Assembly (NCBI GenBank): GCA_964016885.1
Contig: OZ024740.1
Location: 36,332,001 to 36,396,000 of the forward strand
Source of the DNA: Eledone cirrhosa
Taxonomy: Eukaryota
DNA: 64,000 nucleotides
Direction of reading: 5' to 3'
Positions 1 to 16,644 of this stretch are shown here, in pieces. The notes below the pieces were generated by a model. The model was not told the DNA's origin. It did not search any database and worked only from the letters and a program-made list of their open reading frames with translations. The first letter of the stretch is position 1. Every line of letters begins with the position of its first letter. The position numbers and the translations under genes were made by a program.

Positions 1-1734
1 TGGCGTCGATAGTAGGGTGCAGAGGGTGTGCAGAGGCTACACACACACAAAGGACATACAATATATATATAACGGAGGAGAAAGTACATGAGGTAATTAG
101 AAATGGAAAAAGAGTAATAATCTATAATTAATAATGTATAATAAGGCATGGGGAAGATTACACTATAATAAGGTATAAAAGTAAGAATAAGATAAAAGTG
201 AAAATAAGAATAAAGATAAAAAATATATATATTAAAAAAATATATAGAGAATATATAAAGAAATATAAGCAAGTATTTGAAGGGGAAAACACAATGTAAA
301 AAAACCGATTTTTTCAAATAAAAATATTATAATTAACGGGATAGAGAAATATGATCAAATGTGATTAGTTGAGAGAATATAAGATGATAATAGTTTTGTC
401 AAGTTTATACATCTTAATAATAAATAATCTGTATATCAGAGTTACAGAACCTTCAATTCACTTACAGGTTCAAGCCACGTAGCATAGTCCATTGTTTATC
501 TGTGCGGTCATGTGCGCCTGTTTTTGACACCACAGCAGATGCACAAGTTCGTAAATTCCAATGCAGATAGAAATCTATTTTTGCTCACCCAGTCATTGAC
601 GGAAGATCCAATATTCCTAGTTCAATATGTGTGTGGTGTTATTTTGGTCGCACAAATCAATCACTTGGTTCAATATTATGGAGTGTGGTTTTCTGGTCTT
701 CGTAACAGTGTCAGTGGTTGTATATCTCGAAATCACAAGGATCACAGTACTCCGGTTCGGTGTGATTATCGGTCATCCAACTATATTGTCGGTGGTTGGA
801 TTCAATTCTATTGCCCCGAACGTAGAACTTTGGTGTCGATTGAACATTAACGAGGCAGAGTGAGATCGCATCTGTGGTACAAAACGATACGCAAGGAAAT
901 TCTTCGTCTTCGTTTCATCCGGGTCCAGCAGTCACGTGCAAGAACCGCTACGTAGTAATTGTGATGGTAATCGGTCAAGATAGTAACTGTCCGGAGATTC
1001 TCTTAGGAATTCAGACAAGCATGACAGGTACATTTAGGTCAGCAGTTTCTTTATGTGTACGTGTGTCCGATACACACAGACACATATTTATATGTATTTC
1101 AACTCAAAAAATTCAATTGATTCGCTTATTGATATTATATCTCTGTTGCTCCGATGTGCATGTTGTGGTGTTCTGGTCGTGTTTGGCATTCACTGTGTTT
1201 TGCCATTACCTTGGAATGTGATGTTATGGTCATCAATAGACCGGCAAGCGCATACCTCTCTTATATTGTGGAGGATGGTGTTCTGGTCCTCAGCAAACAT
1301 TTGGGTCAGCAGGAGGGGTGGTGGTTCTCAGTTTCAACTTCGACAATACATATGTGTTACTCTACATATCGTGCTCCTCTCAAAGAAGAGTATTATAGGA
1401 AGAATTCATGCCAAACACCACATATAGAGAAGACTTCTACGGAAAATACATATACACATATATACACACATCATACACACACACATACACATACACAAAC
1501 ATACACATACATACATATATACACATACATATCACATATACACATACACACAATATAATACACATGCATACAATATACATATATATATACATATATACAA
1601 TATACATGTATACAATGCACGCACATATGCATGCATGCGTGCACACACGTACGCACACACATATACATATGTTTGTGTGTGTGTGTGTGAGAGAGAAAAG
1701 GAGAATACACATACACACACACACACATACACAG

Positions 1735-1781
<47 letters not shown>

Positions 1782-1867
1782 TGTACGTACGTATGTATAT
1801 GTATGTGTGGATGTCTGTACATATTTCTGTACGCGTATGTTTATATATATATGTATATATGTGTGAA

Positions 1868-1921
<54 letters not shown>

Positions 1922-1949
1922 TCTATGTATGTATGTGTACACGTGTATA

Positions 1950-2108
<159 letters not shown>

Positions 2109-2302
2109 TAAAATAACAGATTAAAGTTTAAGCAAAGAATCGCTGCTTTCACCCTTAACGGGATCTTCTGAAACTCAATATTTGCTCTACGGTTCTTATA
2201 TATTTAATATATATTTATCCTTATCGAGCCCTCTTTGGATTTTAGTCTTCAAATTTATTATTATTACTATATATATATATGCATATGTATGTTATGTATA
2301 TC

Positions 2303-3186
<884 letters not shown>

Positions 3187-3254
3187 TATATGTGTATGTG
3201 TGTGTATATATTGTGTGTATGTTTGTGTGTATATGTATATACGTGTATGTATAC

Positions 3255-3340
<86 letters not shown>

Positions 3341-3341
<1 letters not shown>

Positions 3342-3669
3342 AGAGTATTGAAGTTTGCTTGAAGCATTGTGGAATAATAAATAAATATCTTTAAGTCGTT
3401 TGGAAGCCTCGACAATGCAAATGGGTAAATCTCCGGGTAACAAGATCCGGTGGTGGAGAGCGAGATGTAAGTGGGTGTACGTTGATATGCGTGGTGTGTA
3501 AAGATGTGTAAATGTGTGGAAGAAAGAAGGGAAGAGTATAAAGGATAAAATAAAAATTAAAACACAAGAGAGAGTTACCTTGGGAGAGATTTAATAGTCC
3601 CTATATATTTCGGATTCACATCCATCAACTGGGGTTTTTTTTCCCGGGGTAAAGGTTGTCTGTCGGACA
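3341..3669 (-). mobile_element. Solo partial pseudo-LTR of the Penelope element at 50360-54147
   Basis: Near-identical reverse complement of about 53820-54147 (gagagtattgaagtttgcttgaagcattgtgg...), flanked by (TA)n. Confidence 0.88.
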
Positions 3670-3746
3670 GGTATATATATATATATATATAATATTATAA
3701 TAAAATAACAGGAGGCTGGACTTTTGTAAATCCTTGAAGGTTTATT

Positions 3747-3804
3747 ATACTATGATCATTTCAATGACTGGGTTCCGTATGAATCCGGTGATATCATCAG
3801 GTAT
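3747..3804 (-). ncRNA. Type I hammerhead ribozyme motif
   Basis: Minus strand reads atac CTGATGA [imperfect stem II] GAAA tgatca TA gtat. Helix III is the palindrome TGATCA. Confidence 0.75.
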
Positions 3805-3938
3805 TCGAAATATAATAAATGAATGTAACAGATAAAATCCATGGGGATGAAAATCATAGACACGAAGGAGTTGTGGTAAGGAACTAGATGGACCATAACG
3901 CACCAGAGTACTCAATACTTAGGGTAGTAGAGTGGGTA

Positions 3939-4050
3939 ATAGGAGAAAGCATGACCCCGATGGCAGAGCTCAAGCCGTTTCGACGGCTATAGTCCAGAAA
4001 CAGCCGTCGAAATGGCTTGAGCTCTGCCGTCGGGGTCATACTTTCTCCTA

Positions 4051-4051
<1 letters not shown>
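3939..4051. repeat. Fold-back palindrome containing the 3' half of a hammerhead; second copy at 29973-30089
   Basis: Arms ataggagaaagcatgaccccga...cgacggct and agccgtcgaaa...tcggggtcatactttctcctat. Consensus of the arms is GAAA cggc..gccg TC. Confidence 0.8.
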
Positions 4052-4115
<64 letters not shown>

Positions 4116-4138
4116 GTGTGTGTGTGTGTATGTTTGTG

Positions 4139-4175
<37 letters not shown>

Positions 4176-4202
4176 CTATATATATATATGTGTGTGTGTG
4201 TA

Positions 4203-4245
<43 letters not shown>

Positions 4246-4329
4246 GTGTATATATGTATATATATATGTATATTTGTGAGTATATATTTGTATATGTGTG
4301 TATTTGTATGTATATGTGTATATGTATGT

Positions 4330-4609
4330 GGAGTCACGTGGCCTAGTGGTAAGAGAGTTGGAGTTACCATCATAATGTCGTGGGTTCCATTCCTGGGCTG
4401 CGTGTTCATTTCACACTTCATTTCACGTTGCTCCAGTATACTCAGCTGAAAATGAGTACCAGCAATAGCTGGAGGTTTAACCCTGCGATGGACTGGCGTC
4501 TTGTCCAGGGGGGAGTCTTGTACTCTCAGTCACTTCACGCCATGAAACCAGGATAAGCACCGACCAAATGAGCCTTCTGGCATAAGACAGACTTTAGACT
4601 TTTTTTTTT
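4330..4609 (+). mobile_element. tRNA-derived SINE
   Basis: A box tggcctagtgg, B box ggttccattcc, central ctcagctgaaaatgagtacc and ccctgcgatggactggcg blocks, T-rich tail. Confidence 0.8.
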
Positions 4610-4652
4610 AGATGTGTATGTATGCATGTGTATGTATATGTATGTATATGTG

Positions 4653-4696
<44 letters not shown>

Positions 4697-4861
4697 AACC
4701 AGTAAGACCCCGACAGCTGAGCTCAAGCCGTTTCGACGGCTAATTCCTTCGTTATATATATATATATATATATATAGTAATAATAATAAAATTGAAGACT
4801 AAAATCCAAAGAGGGCTCGATAAGGAAAATATATATCAAATATATAAGAACCGTAGAGCAA

Positions 4862-5386
4862 ATATTTATTAAAATAACAGATTAAAGTTTAAGCAAAGAA
4901 TCGCTGCTTTCACCCTTAACGGGATCTTCTGAAACTAACAAAGTCAATCTATAAACGCAGAACTGGATATTTCAAAAAACATTGCAACCGGAGGAAGACA
5001 GGAAGACGATACTTTGGTTCGTGGTAACGTTCGCTGGCAAAGAACGGGAAAAAACGAATAATACGTCATTAATAGGAGCGGTGAAAAACAACTACGCGCA
5101 AAGACAAAACCACGTTTATGGTATAAAAGAGGTCGTAGACTAATGTTCTCTTAGTTGCGCGTAATTGTTTTTCACCGCTCCTATTAATGACGTATTATTC
5201 GTTTTTTCCCGTTCTTTGCCAGCGAACGTTACCACGAACCAAAGTATCGTCTTCCTGTCTTCCTCCGGTTGCAATGTTTTTTGAAATATCCAGTTCTGCG
5301 TTTACAGATTGACTTTGTTAGTTTCAGAAGATCCCGTTAAGGGTGAAAGCAGCGATTCTTTGCTTAAACTTTAATCTGTTATTTTA

Positions 5387-5394
<8 letters not shown>
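4862..5394. repeat. About 240-bp inverted repeat of dispersed family A (PLE pseudo-LTR-like); other copies at about 2101-2268, 33538-33590, 34200-34726 plus 37087-37340, 54390-55020 and 62740-62855
   Basis: 4862-5101 is the reverse complement of 5155-5394 with a spacer of about 53 bp. Most copies abut (TA)n, and most carry an HHR-like fold. Confidence 0.85.
5320..5370 (+). ncRNA. Hammerhead-like motif with variant core CAGAAGA (family A)
   Basis: agttt CAGAAGA tccc-gttaa-gggt GAAA gca..tgc TT aaact, plus distal stem I acagatt/aatctgt. Confidence 0.6.
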
Positions 5395-5479
<85 letters not shown>

Positions 5480-5546
5480 TATACATACATATACGTACAC
5501 ATGCATACATACACATATATTTAAACTATATTTATAAAACCATATT

Positions 5547-5607
5547 TATTCTGTTATATATATTTCAAGGATACCAAAACTTCGGTACGCCCTCATCAGA
5601 TAAAATA
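5547..5607 (-). ncRNA. Type I hammerhead in a solo pseudo-LTR (about 5517-5812) related to 14585-14760
   Basis: Minus strand reads tattttat CTGATGA gggcgtacc..ggtatcctt GAAA tatata TA acagaata. Confidence 0.75.
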
Positions 5608-5824
5608 CAAAGTTTGTTTTATAAATATTGACATATCCAGGAATGAGACCTTAACGGTTCAAGTTTCACCTGGATAGTGAAAGGAAAGAGAGAAAAAGGG
5701 AAAACGGGAAGAGAGGAAAAAACAAATATTTCAAATTATTTCAGAAAAACTGTCGAGTGCTTCGAATCTGTTATAAATATATTTGTTAAATTACCACAAA
5801 TTAAATATCCCTCTACTTATATAC

Positions 5825-6562
5825 AAATACAGTGAAGGAGGCAGAGGATTTGATGCAGGAGGTTGAGACTGTGTGGATGAGTGTGGGGCTGAGAATGAAT
5901 GAGACTAAAACAAAATATCTGGTAGAGAATGTTGAGAAGCCAGAGGGGATCACTAATGTAGGCGGGAAGCCGCTAGAATTGGTTGAGGACTTCCTGTATT
6001 TGGGAGCAAAGATTGGGAATACGGAAGATGATGTGGTTGAGAGGAAGAGCAAAGCCTGGGCGGCGTGCCACAGATTGAGATCGGTGTGGAAGTCGGACCT
6101 TCGTAAAGACCTGAAAATCCGCCTCTTCATTGCTGTAGTGGAGTCTGTGCTAGTGTACGTGTCTGAGACTTGGACACTGACCAAAAAACTCACTCAGATG
6201 GTGGATGGGTGCTACACGAGAATGCTGAGGATGGTTCTGAACATTAATCAGTATACACTGAGGATGAAAAACTCAGAGCTGTATGGGAGCTTCCCAAAAG
6301 TCAGCTCAAAAGTGACACTGGAGATTGAGGTTAGCTGGACATGCTCATCGACATCCAGAGTTGACATTGCACTCAGTGCTCCTGTGGGAGCCCTATATGG
6401 ACACACTGGAAGATGAAGACCAAGGTTAACGTATGTTGATGCCCTAAGGACAGACACTGGTCGGTTGGAGACGCAGGACATGGCAGCGATAATGAGGGAC
6501 AGAGACCGCTGGAGAGAACTCGTCCATAGATCTCGGGAATTTTACCCGCCCTAAAAAACAAA
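5825..6562 (+). mobile_element. RTE-type LINE, 5'-truncated 3' end (RT thumb and C-terminus)
   Basis: ORF 5832-6416 contains GLRMNETKTKYL, DFLYLG, LVYVSETWTL and RMLRMVLNI, then continues after a frameshift. Confidence 0.88.
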
Positions 6563-6752
6563 TATATATATATGTGTGTGTATATGTGTATACATATGTG
6601 TATGTATGTGTCTGTATGTGTATATATATATATATATATATATCACGATAAATTAACGGAGCCATAGACTCGTTATTCCTGTCAATAATGTTTTGACAGG
6701 GAATAACGAGAGTCTATGGCTCCGTTAATTTATTGTGTTACCTTTTCAACGT

Positions 6753-6833
<81 letters not shown>

Positions 6834-6870
6834 AATCAAAGAACGCCTACATACTTATACAATTTTTATT

Positions 6871-6917
6871 CGCTAACAATGTTTCATCCATACCGTGGGG
6901 CAGGAATCCTCAGAGCG
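6871..6917 (-). ncRNA. Minimal type I hammerhead motif
   Basis: Minus strand reads cgct CTGAGGA t-tcc..gga-t GAAA cattg TT agcg. Confidence 0.7.
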
Positions 6918-7733
6918 TAATTAATAAAAAATATAGTGCTGAATATAAGCTCTACCAAGGTTAGTCACCAGAACAGTAGAGAAACTGTACAGGATAGCAT
7001 GAGGGAGATTGGATAGGAGACGGATGGAGAGAATGCGTACTGGGTTTAATAGTCAACATTATAACAAACCATGATAATACAATAACACAAGCAGATTTTC
7101 CCACAACAGACTGGGGCATATGAAGGCAAACAAAAGCAATCTTAAGCACATAAAGATAATTAAAAAAATATATATAAAAAAATAGAATTTTAAGAGAAAT
7201 AATTTTAAAATAATAATTAAAAGTAATTAAAAATAATTGGAAGTAATTAAAAATAATTAAAAAATAATTAAAATAATTTTAAAATTTTAAATTTTTTTAA
7301 AGGAATTTAAAAATTACAAAAATATAAGTAAAAATATTTAAAAATATTTAAAAGAAAATTAAAAAAAATTTTAAAACCTAAAAATTAAAAAAATTTTTTT
7401 TTTTTAAATTAAAGGATTAAAAGATAATAATTAAAAATACATAATAGTAATTAAACAAATGGGGAAAGGAAAAAATAAATTGAGGCATATGAAGGATCAT
7501 CAAAGGAGGGTAAGCAATAGTTACTATAGAGGATAGGTGAATTAGTTTCCCATACCTTAGAGTCATGGAATACTATGAGATCCATAACATATCTTCAGAA
7601 GGTCCATAGTATGCGCAAATAGGGTAAAGCAGTAGGTTCTGGAATTGTGTGGACAAGAGGTGTTAAACTTGCACATGGACAAGCACCACACTGATCCGAG
7701 CCAAATACAGACAAAGCGGGGTTAATACATAGG

Positions 7734-7886
7734 CAAGCTGAGGCAATAAAAACCAGCTGAAGCAATCAAAACAAGCTGAAGCAATCAAAACAAGCTGAAG
7801 CAATCAAAACAAGCTGAAGCAATCAAAACAAGCTGAGGCAATAAAAACAAGCTGAAGCAATCAAAACTAGCTGAAGCAATCAAAAT
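7734..7886. repeat. 19-bp minisatellite, about 8 units
   Basis: Unit aagctgaagcaatcaaaac repeated head-to-tail with no spacers. Confidence 0.9.
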
Positions 7887-8705
7887 ACAACAAACATGGT
7901 TTAGTCGCTGTTAAAGCCTATATGGTGAGAAGTCATAACACAAGTGGATCAACTGTAGATGGTAATCCGGTCGGCGAGAGTTTATAACAAATGAAGATGG
8001 TCCGTGGATGGTAATCCAACCGTGTTCATATATTCACCAATACATACCAGCACACATGGGGCTATGTGTTGCAAGCTGATTATACACATCCAAATTCTCA
8101 TACGCTTGAAGCTCCAGATTGAGATGTGTTCCATGTCCAAGTTATAACAAAGTTACAACTCCAAATCCTCTTAAGATTAAATGTAACACACTCCGCATTT
8201 CAATCGCAACTGCGCCCCAAAATTGCCTGATTACATGCAGCAGTAAATTCTAGTTGACCCCTCGCACGCAGCACGTGGATCAACAATCAACACAGAAAAT
8301 CACATAAAAGTGCTCAGATCATATTCCTAATTACACCAGGCATATCAGCATGTCTGTCAATTGATGTCGTACTCATGTAAGTATACACCAGTTATACATG
8401 ACAGCTCCCATACTCCGCAACAATCCAAGAATCCGGCTTCGCAAAAAGTAAACACCGCCGCTACACAGTTCGTCACAATGGCGGTGACGAACTGTCTACG
8501 CATACATATATATATATACAATTCAATACATAAACAGAGAAAGCCTTAAGCGATACTCCGACCAACTCCATCTCACTCAACAAACATTAGGATATACGTA
8601 AGTATTTTCCCAATTTAGTGTTTGGGGTGCTAGCTAATCAGTATTTCGTGGAGAGCTGGTTGTATTATTTTATATGAGACATTATTAAATAAATATCTCT
8701 TTCCT

Positions 8706-8829
8706 TCCAGACGGCCGTTTCGTTATAAGATTTCTACAATTTGGGATAAATAATTTCCAGGTTATGTAGAAACTTGTATATAATCCATAATTTTATACAC
8801 AAGCGGGCTCTTATAAACTCATCAGTGGA
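8706..8829 (-). ncRNA. Type I hammerhead with long branched stem II
   Basis: Minus strand reads tcca CTGATGA gtttataaga...tcttataac GAAA cggccg TC tgga. GUC cleavage site and palindromic helix III. Confidence 0.82.
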
Positions 8830-9341
8830 TGCCCAAATAATATCGATATAAGAATTATATCGACATTAATAGAATGGTGATGGTCTCCCTCAGCGCTAAG
8901 AAGAGACTGGTAGATTAGAAAATCTAGCAGTCCTCTCAAAGATAAAATACAATGTGTGTGTGTGTATATGTGTGAATATATAAATATATGTATGTTTGTG
9001 TATGTATGTGTGTATGTGTGTATATATGCATATATATATATATATATGAATGGAAAAAATGAAACGAAATTTCATTTCCCACTCTTAGTACGGCTGTTAC
9101 TTAAATATAAGTATGTACACGTACATACATATATGTATACAGACGTACAGTAGTATGTATATATATATACATACATGCACACACATATATATATATACAT
9201 ATGGATTCCCGAACATTTATTATAATGCTCGGTGTGTTTGTAAACAAACATCCCGTATTAAGCCGTAGTGTCCAGCAATATATATATATATGTATATATG
9301 TATATATATGTATATATATGTATATATATGTACTTATATGT

Positions 9342-9475
<134 letters not shown>

Positions 9476-9480
9476 GTATG

Positions 9481-9515
<35 letters not shown>

Positions 9516-10242
9516 GTATGTGTGTATATATGTATGTATATGTGTATGTATGTGTGTGTGTGTATATATATATATGTGTGTGTGTGTCTGATGGTAGCTA
9601 AGATGCTTCCATAAGCGGTATGCCGGTTGAGCACTCTATGCTCTTACAGATCAGAGTATGGTATAATATAAAACGAAAAATCAGTGATGCATCAGAAATC
9701 AATTTATTGTGTGTTACAATTGTTTCGCCGGCGGACAGCTCGAGACACGATCATTGCATGGATCTTGTCTGACTCTGGACCTGCGGGCTCGTCGGACACG
9801 TCTTATGCTTTCGGAGAAAATTCTTTCACTGGAGTGTTGGCGTCAAAACTTTCACTGGGGTGTTGGCGTCAAAAAACATCATCTTCGCACGTCCCGTTAT
9901 TGGCTGCTGCTTTTCTACGTCATCGTAAATCTGACCAACATGTGCCAATTCGGCTGACCATTCTGCCACACTTCGATGAGTTACTACTGGGTTTGGTAGT
10001 TCACACGTCCACGCGCGCACTCATACACACATATATACACACACACACACGCACACGCACACACACAGTCCCAAAGAAAACAAGATCCGTACGCATAGAC
10101 TCCCGCTATACACACACACACACACTTAAGGAGGACATATAAAAAAACTATAGACATACACATACACAGACGCCTGCGTACATGCCCATATACAGACACA
10201 GATAGAGACTCGTGTATGTATGTATATGTATGTATATGTATG

Positions 10243-10321
<79 letters not shown>

Positions 10322-10340
10322 GTTTATATATATGTGTGTA

Positions 10341-12196
10341 TCTATATATATAAAACAGAGGATGTGTGTTTGTCTGTGTGTGTGTGGATGCTACATTATT
10401 CGAGGTTGGCGTCTACACCGCTCCCCCGATCTCGCTCAAATTTGCATACATCACTCCTCATGACCCTTTACATTGCTTAGGCTACTTTGTTTTTTGATAG
10501 GTCCCCCCAGGGGCCCGCAATCCACCTGTTTGTCTATTTTGGGTGAAATCGGGAGATGAGGTTGCATTTTATGCACGCGTTAAAAATTTTTCCTTTTGAG
10601 TTTTTTGACCCGGTTTTTTGCTAATATGGGTAGAAAAGAGTCTAAATTTTGTTGACGTGCTCGAATCATTTCGAAATTCGGTCGAGAGTGAAGCTCGAGG
10701 TCGAATCTCCACTTCGTATATAGAGAGACAGGAATAACAGGTCTTATAGTAACATTACCTTCTCCTTCCCCCTTTTTGGTCAGTGAGCGAACCACTGTTG
10801 CTATAGTAACATTACCTTCCCCCTCCCCCTTCTTTATTAAGCGAGGAATATAGAGAGAGACGTTGTTGGTGCTACAGTAACATTACCTTCCCCCTCTCCA
10901 CTTACTTTGGTCTTTGAGACCGAGGGAACCACTGTTGCTATAGTTACAGCTTCACGTGACACAAACCAGTTCCTGCCAGTTCTGACCACCTGGCACCAGT
11001 TGAGTCAGTTTTTGCTTTCTTTCGGTCGAGAAGTGGACAAATTTTCGCCTTGAATCCCCCAAAAAATTTCCTGGACGGCTGGAGGTGGCAGCTTTTATTC
11101 TGTTTTGGCAAGACTGCTATCAAAAAATTCTGCAGACTCTTATCGTTGATTTGAGTGGCCTGCAAAGCTTTGGTTTTCAAACGCTACACTTGCTACTTGG
11201 TTAGGCTACTGTGTAGACGTGTGCTTCACTCTCACTGCATTACATTTTGTGACCTCGCTTTCGGACTTTGCCATTCCAAGTATGTTTTTTGTTTACTTTT
11301 TTCTTGCTTAAAATTGTAACAATTTGTCACTTTTTTTTACTTTCCCCAAAATACTGCTTATCACCTTCGCTTTTTTGCCTTTGCTCTAAACCTGCTTCCC
11401 CTTTACTGTTTACTGTACTATTGCAACCATGCCACTGAAAAGAAAGAGTACCCTTAGCTGTAGGAAAACATCGTCTGTTGTTTCAAAAAAGAGGCGATTG
11501 AATGAGCAGTCTACGGATGCCGGACTGCATTTTTGGCCACAAACCCCTGTTACTTCGCTTTCAAACTTAAGTACCCCTAGCACAGCCCAACCCAGCGCCT
11601 CTCTATCTACGGTTACCGCTTCGAATCGTGCCATTCGTAATTGTCGGAATGCAGTTGCAACAGCCGCCTCTAGGGCAGCAGAGAGTGACAGCCAAAGAGC
11701 TCTTCGTAGGGCTAGGAATGCTGCAACTACTGCTGTTGCAAGGAAGGGCCTCCGAAACTAAACAGCAAACAGCCACCAGACGGTCAAAGAACGTTGCTTC
11801 AACCGCCGCCTACCGTGCCACAGAAACCGACCACCAGACAGCCATCCGAAGGTCCAAGGACTCCGCCTCCAAGGCAGCTGCCAGAGCATCCCAGACCGAG
11901 ATACAGACAGCCATCCGAAGGTCCAAGGACTCCGCCTCCACCGCAGCTGCCAGAGCATCCCAGACCGAGATACAGACAGCCATCCGAAGGTCCCAGAACG
12001 CTGTATCCACCGCCGCCTCCCGTGCCGCAGAACATCAAACAGCCCGCCGTGCTCGGTTGGTCACAATTCTATTATCATTACAACTTTGACATATTTTATG
12101 TAAAGTGAATATGAGAAAAAAAATTCTTCATATTTATTGTTTCCTAATCTGAATAAAAACAGCAGTAACCCGGGCAACGCCGGGTCATTCAGCTAG
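10341..12196 (+). mobile_element. Non-autonomous Helitron retaining a probable N-terminal fragment of Rep-Hel
   Basis: 5' end A|TCTATATATATAAAA. 3' hairpin acccgg-gcaacg-ccgggt (12168-12185), then CTAG|T at 12193-12196, with no TSD. Frameshifted ORF 11429-12089 starts MPLKRKS and contains 22-aa repeats RASQTEIQTAIRRSKDSAS. Confidence 0.85.
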
Positions 12197-12229
<33 letters not shown>

Positions 12230-12272
12230 ATGTGTGTGTGTATATATATGTATGTATGTATATGTATGTACG

Positions 12273-12322
<50 letters not shown>

Positions 12323-12324
12323 TA

Positions 12325-14760
<2,436 letters not shown>

Positions 14761-15707
14761 TATTAATATATTGTATATATATATATATATATATATACTG
14801 TACGGTACTATCGTTCAGTATGTAGATAATATAACTGTAACATTATACCCCTTCAAAACTTCTTACATAAACATCTCTCTACGTAGTAGATAGTATAGGT
14901 GCATATATTATTTACTCACTTCAATCTATATTTTTTTACTCACCTCAATTTGGATTCTCACTTGAAAATTTGTAAATTTTAATCATTAATTTTTAATTTC
15001 TAATTTTTGATATTTGATTTCTGATTTTCGATTTTTAATTTTTAATTTTTAATTTTAAATTTTTAATTTTTAGTTCTAATTTCCAACTCTCATTCATAAC
15101 TTCCATTGTGAAACATGATACCTAGAATTAAGTATATTTTCCCTTAGAGGTTGATGGTCAATTATACTGTCCATGCTTAATGAGGGGTAGTAATGAGACC
15201 TATAGATACTCACGCTCTCCCATCCCCACTGGCTTTCAACTGACTGCCACAGACGGGATGGGTAGCAGTAAGCTATATATAACAGGCATGAATGGGTCAT
15301 TGTTTGGTTGAGAGGGGTAACTGACTAAACGAATTTCGTTGAAATCTGCGGTAGCTAATGGTCAACTTCCTTCGGACCTGCGCCTGCGCAGACCGGTGGG
15401 GGTGAATTGGTACTCACAAGGGAACGGATGAAGAACCCAAGAGCACACACTTCGTCCGTTCCCATGTCGATTCAATTTGGATTGCCTCGGAAACATAACA
15501 TTATTATGTAACAAGCTGTCTGGCGATGTCGCGGCACTGGCACACGGAACAGTGCGGCCACTGTCGCCATTGAAATATATATCACAGCATTATTATTAAA
15601 AGAGTTGAACATCTGAAACTACTTCGCTTTTCCTTATTCGATATTTACTCCGTCACTCCTGTGTGGAATAAGTACGTTGAGTGCTTGAATTGAATTGCAT
15701 CAATATT

Positions 15708-15789
<82 letters not shown>

Positions 15790-15793
<4 letters not shown>

Positions 15794-16557
15794 GTGAGGT
15801 TTTTTTTCAAAATGAAAAATAACCGAGGTGTCCTACACGAGTGAAAGTATAAAGAAAAAAAGATGAAATCGAAAATGCAACTGGAGTCTTATTTTAAAAA
15901 ATATATATATATATTTATTTGCTTCTTTTACCGGTTTCGCAGTTCTTCTGGTTTTCAGAAGTAGAGTTGAGATGGAGGGTCTGTGGTTTTTCTCACATCT
16001 GGTTGGTCTTTGAATGTTACTTGTTTTATATGGAAAAAAGTGGCTCGAAACGCCAGGTTTTTAGAGAAGTAATTTGATTGGTTGGTGAATAAGTATAATA
16101 AATTTCACGCCAGTTCGCGTTACAAAGTTCTTCAAACAAAGGGGGGGGGGATGAGGGCCTCACGTTGTTTTTTCATATATGAGTGAAGTTTGGTTGGTTG
16201 ATGCAGTCACGTGAATAAGCACATCAGCTTTCGCGTCAGTTTGTTTGAATTTGTTTTTACTTAAAAAAGGGGCTCACGAAGGCTTTTTTTAATAAATATA
16301 ATTTGATTGGCTATAAATGAAATTATGACTGTCACATGAACAAGTTCATTAAATTTCGCGCCCGTATTTGGGAATTTATTTTGTAGCCTTCTAGAGAATT
16401 TTATGACAAACAAAATATAATGGTCAAGAGAAATGGGATGGGGAGAATTGTTCTGGTTCAGTTAATATGGCTGGTTCGCTGGGGCGTCAGAATTTAGACT
16501 TTCTATTGAAATAAAGAAAGTAGAGATATGTATGTTTATTTGTGTGCGTGTGTGAGT

Positions 16558-16644
<87 letters not shown>

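Noticed and set aside
430-1430. Overlapping ORFs of 78-134 aa in non-microsatellite sequence
   Set aside because: No recognisable motifs and no consistent frame. Probably an old repeat body, left unannotated, as are about 6960-8550 and 14790-15715.
4330-4400. tRNA gene (also 32411-32500)
   Set aside because: A and B boxes are present but no cloverleaf forms, and the sequence continues into a SINE body.
7734-7886. CRISPR-like array (also considered for 58030-58225 and the 66-bp repeats near 11840-12020)
   Set aside because: Contiguous tandem units without unique spacers, no cas genes, and a eukaryotic context.
9585-9660. ctgatg-containing segment as a hammerhead (also ctgaaag near 31040)
   Set aside because: Core incomplete and no compatible GAAA or stems could be paired.
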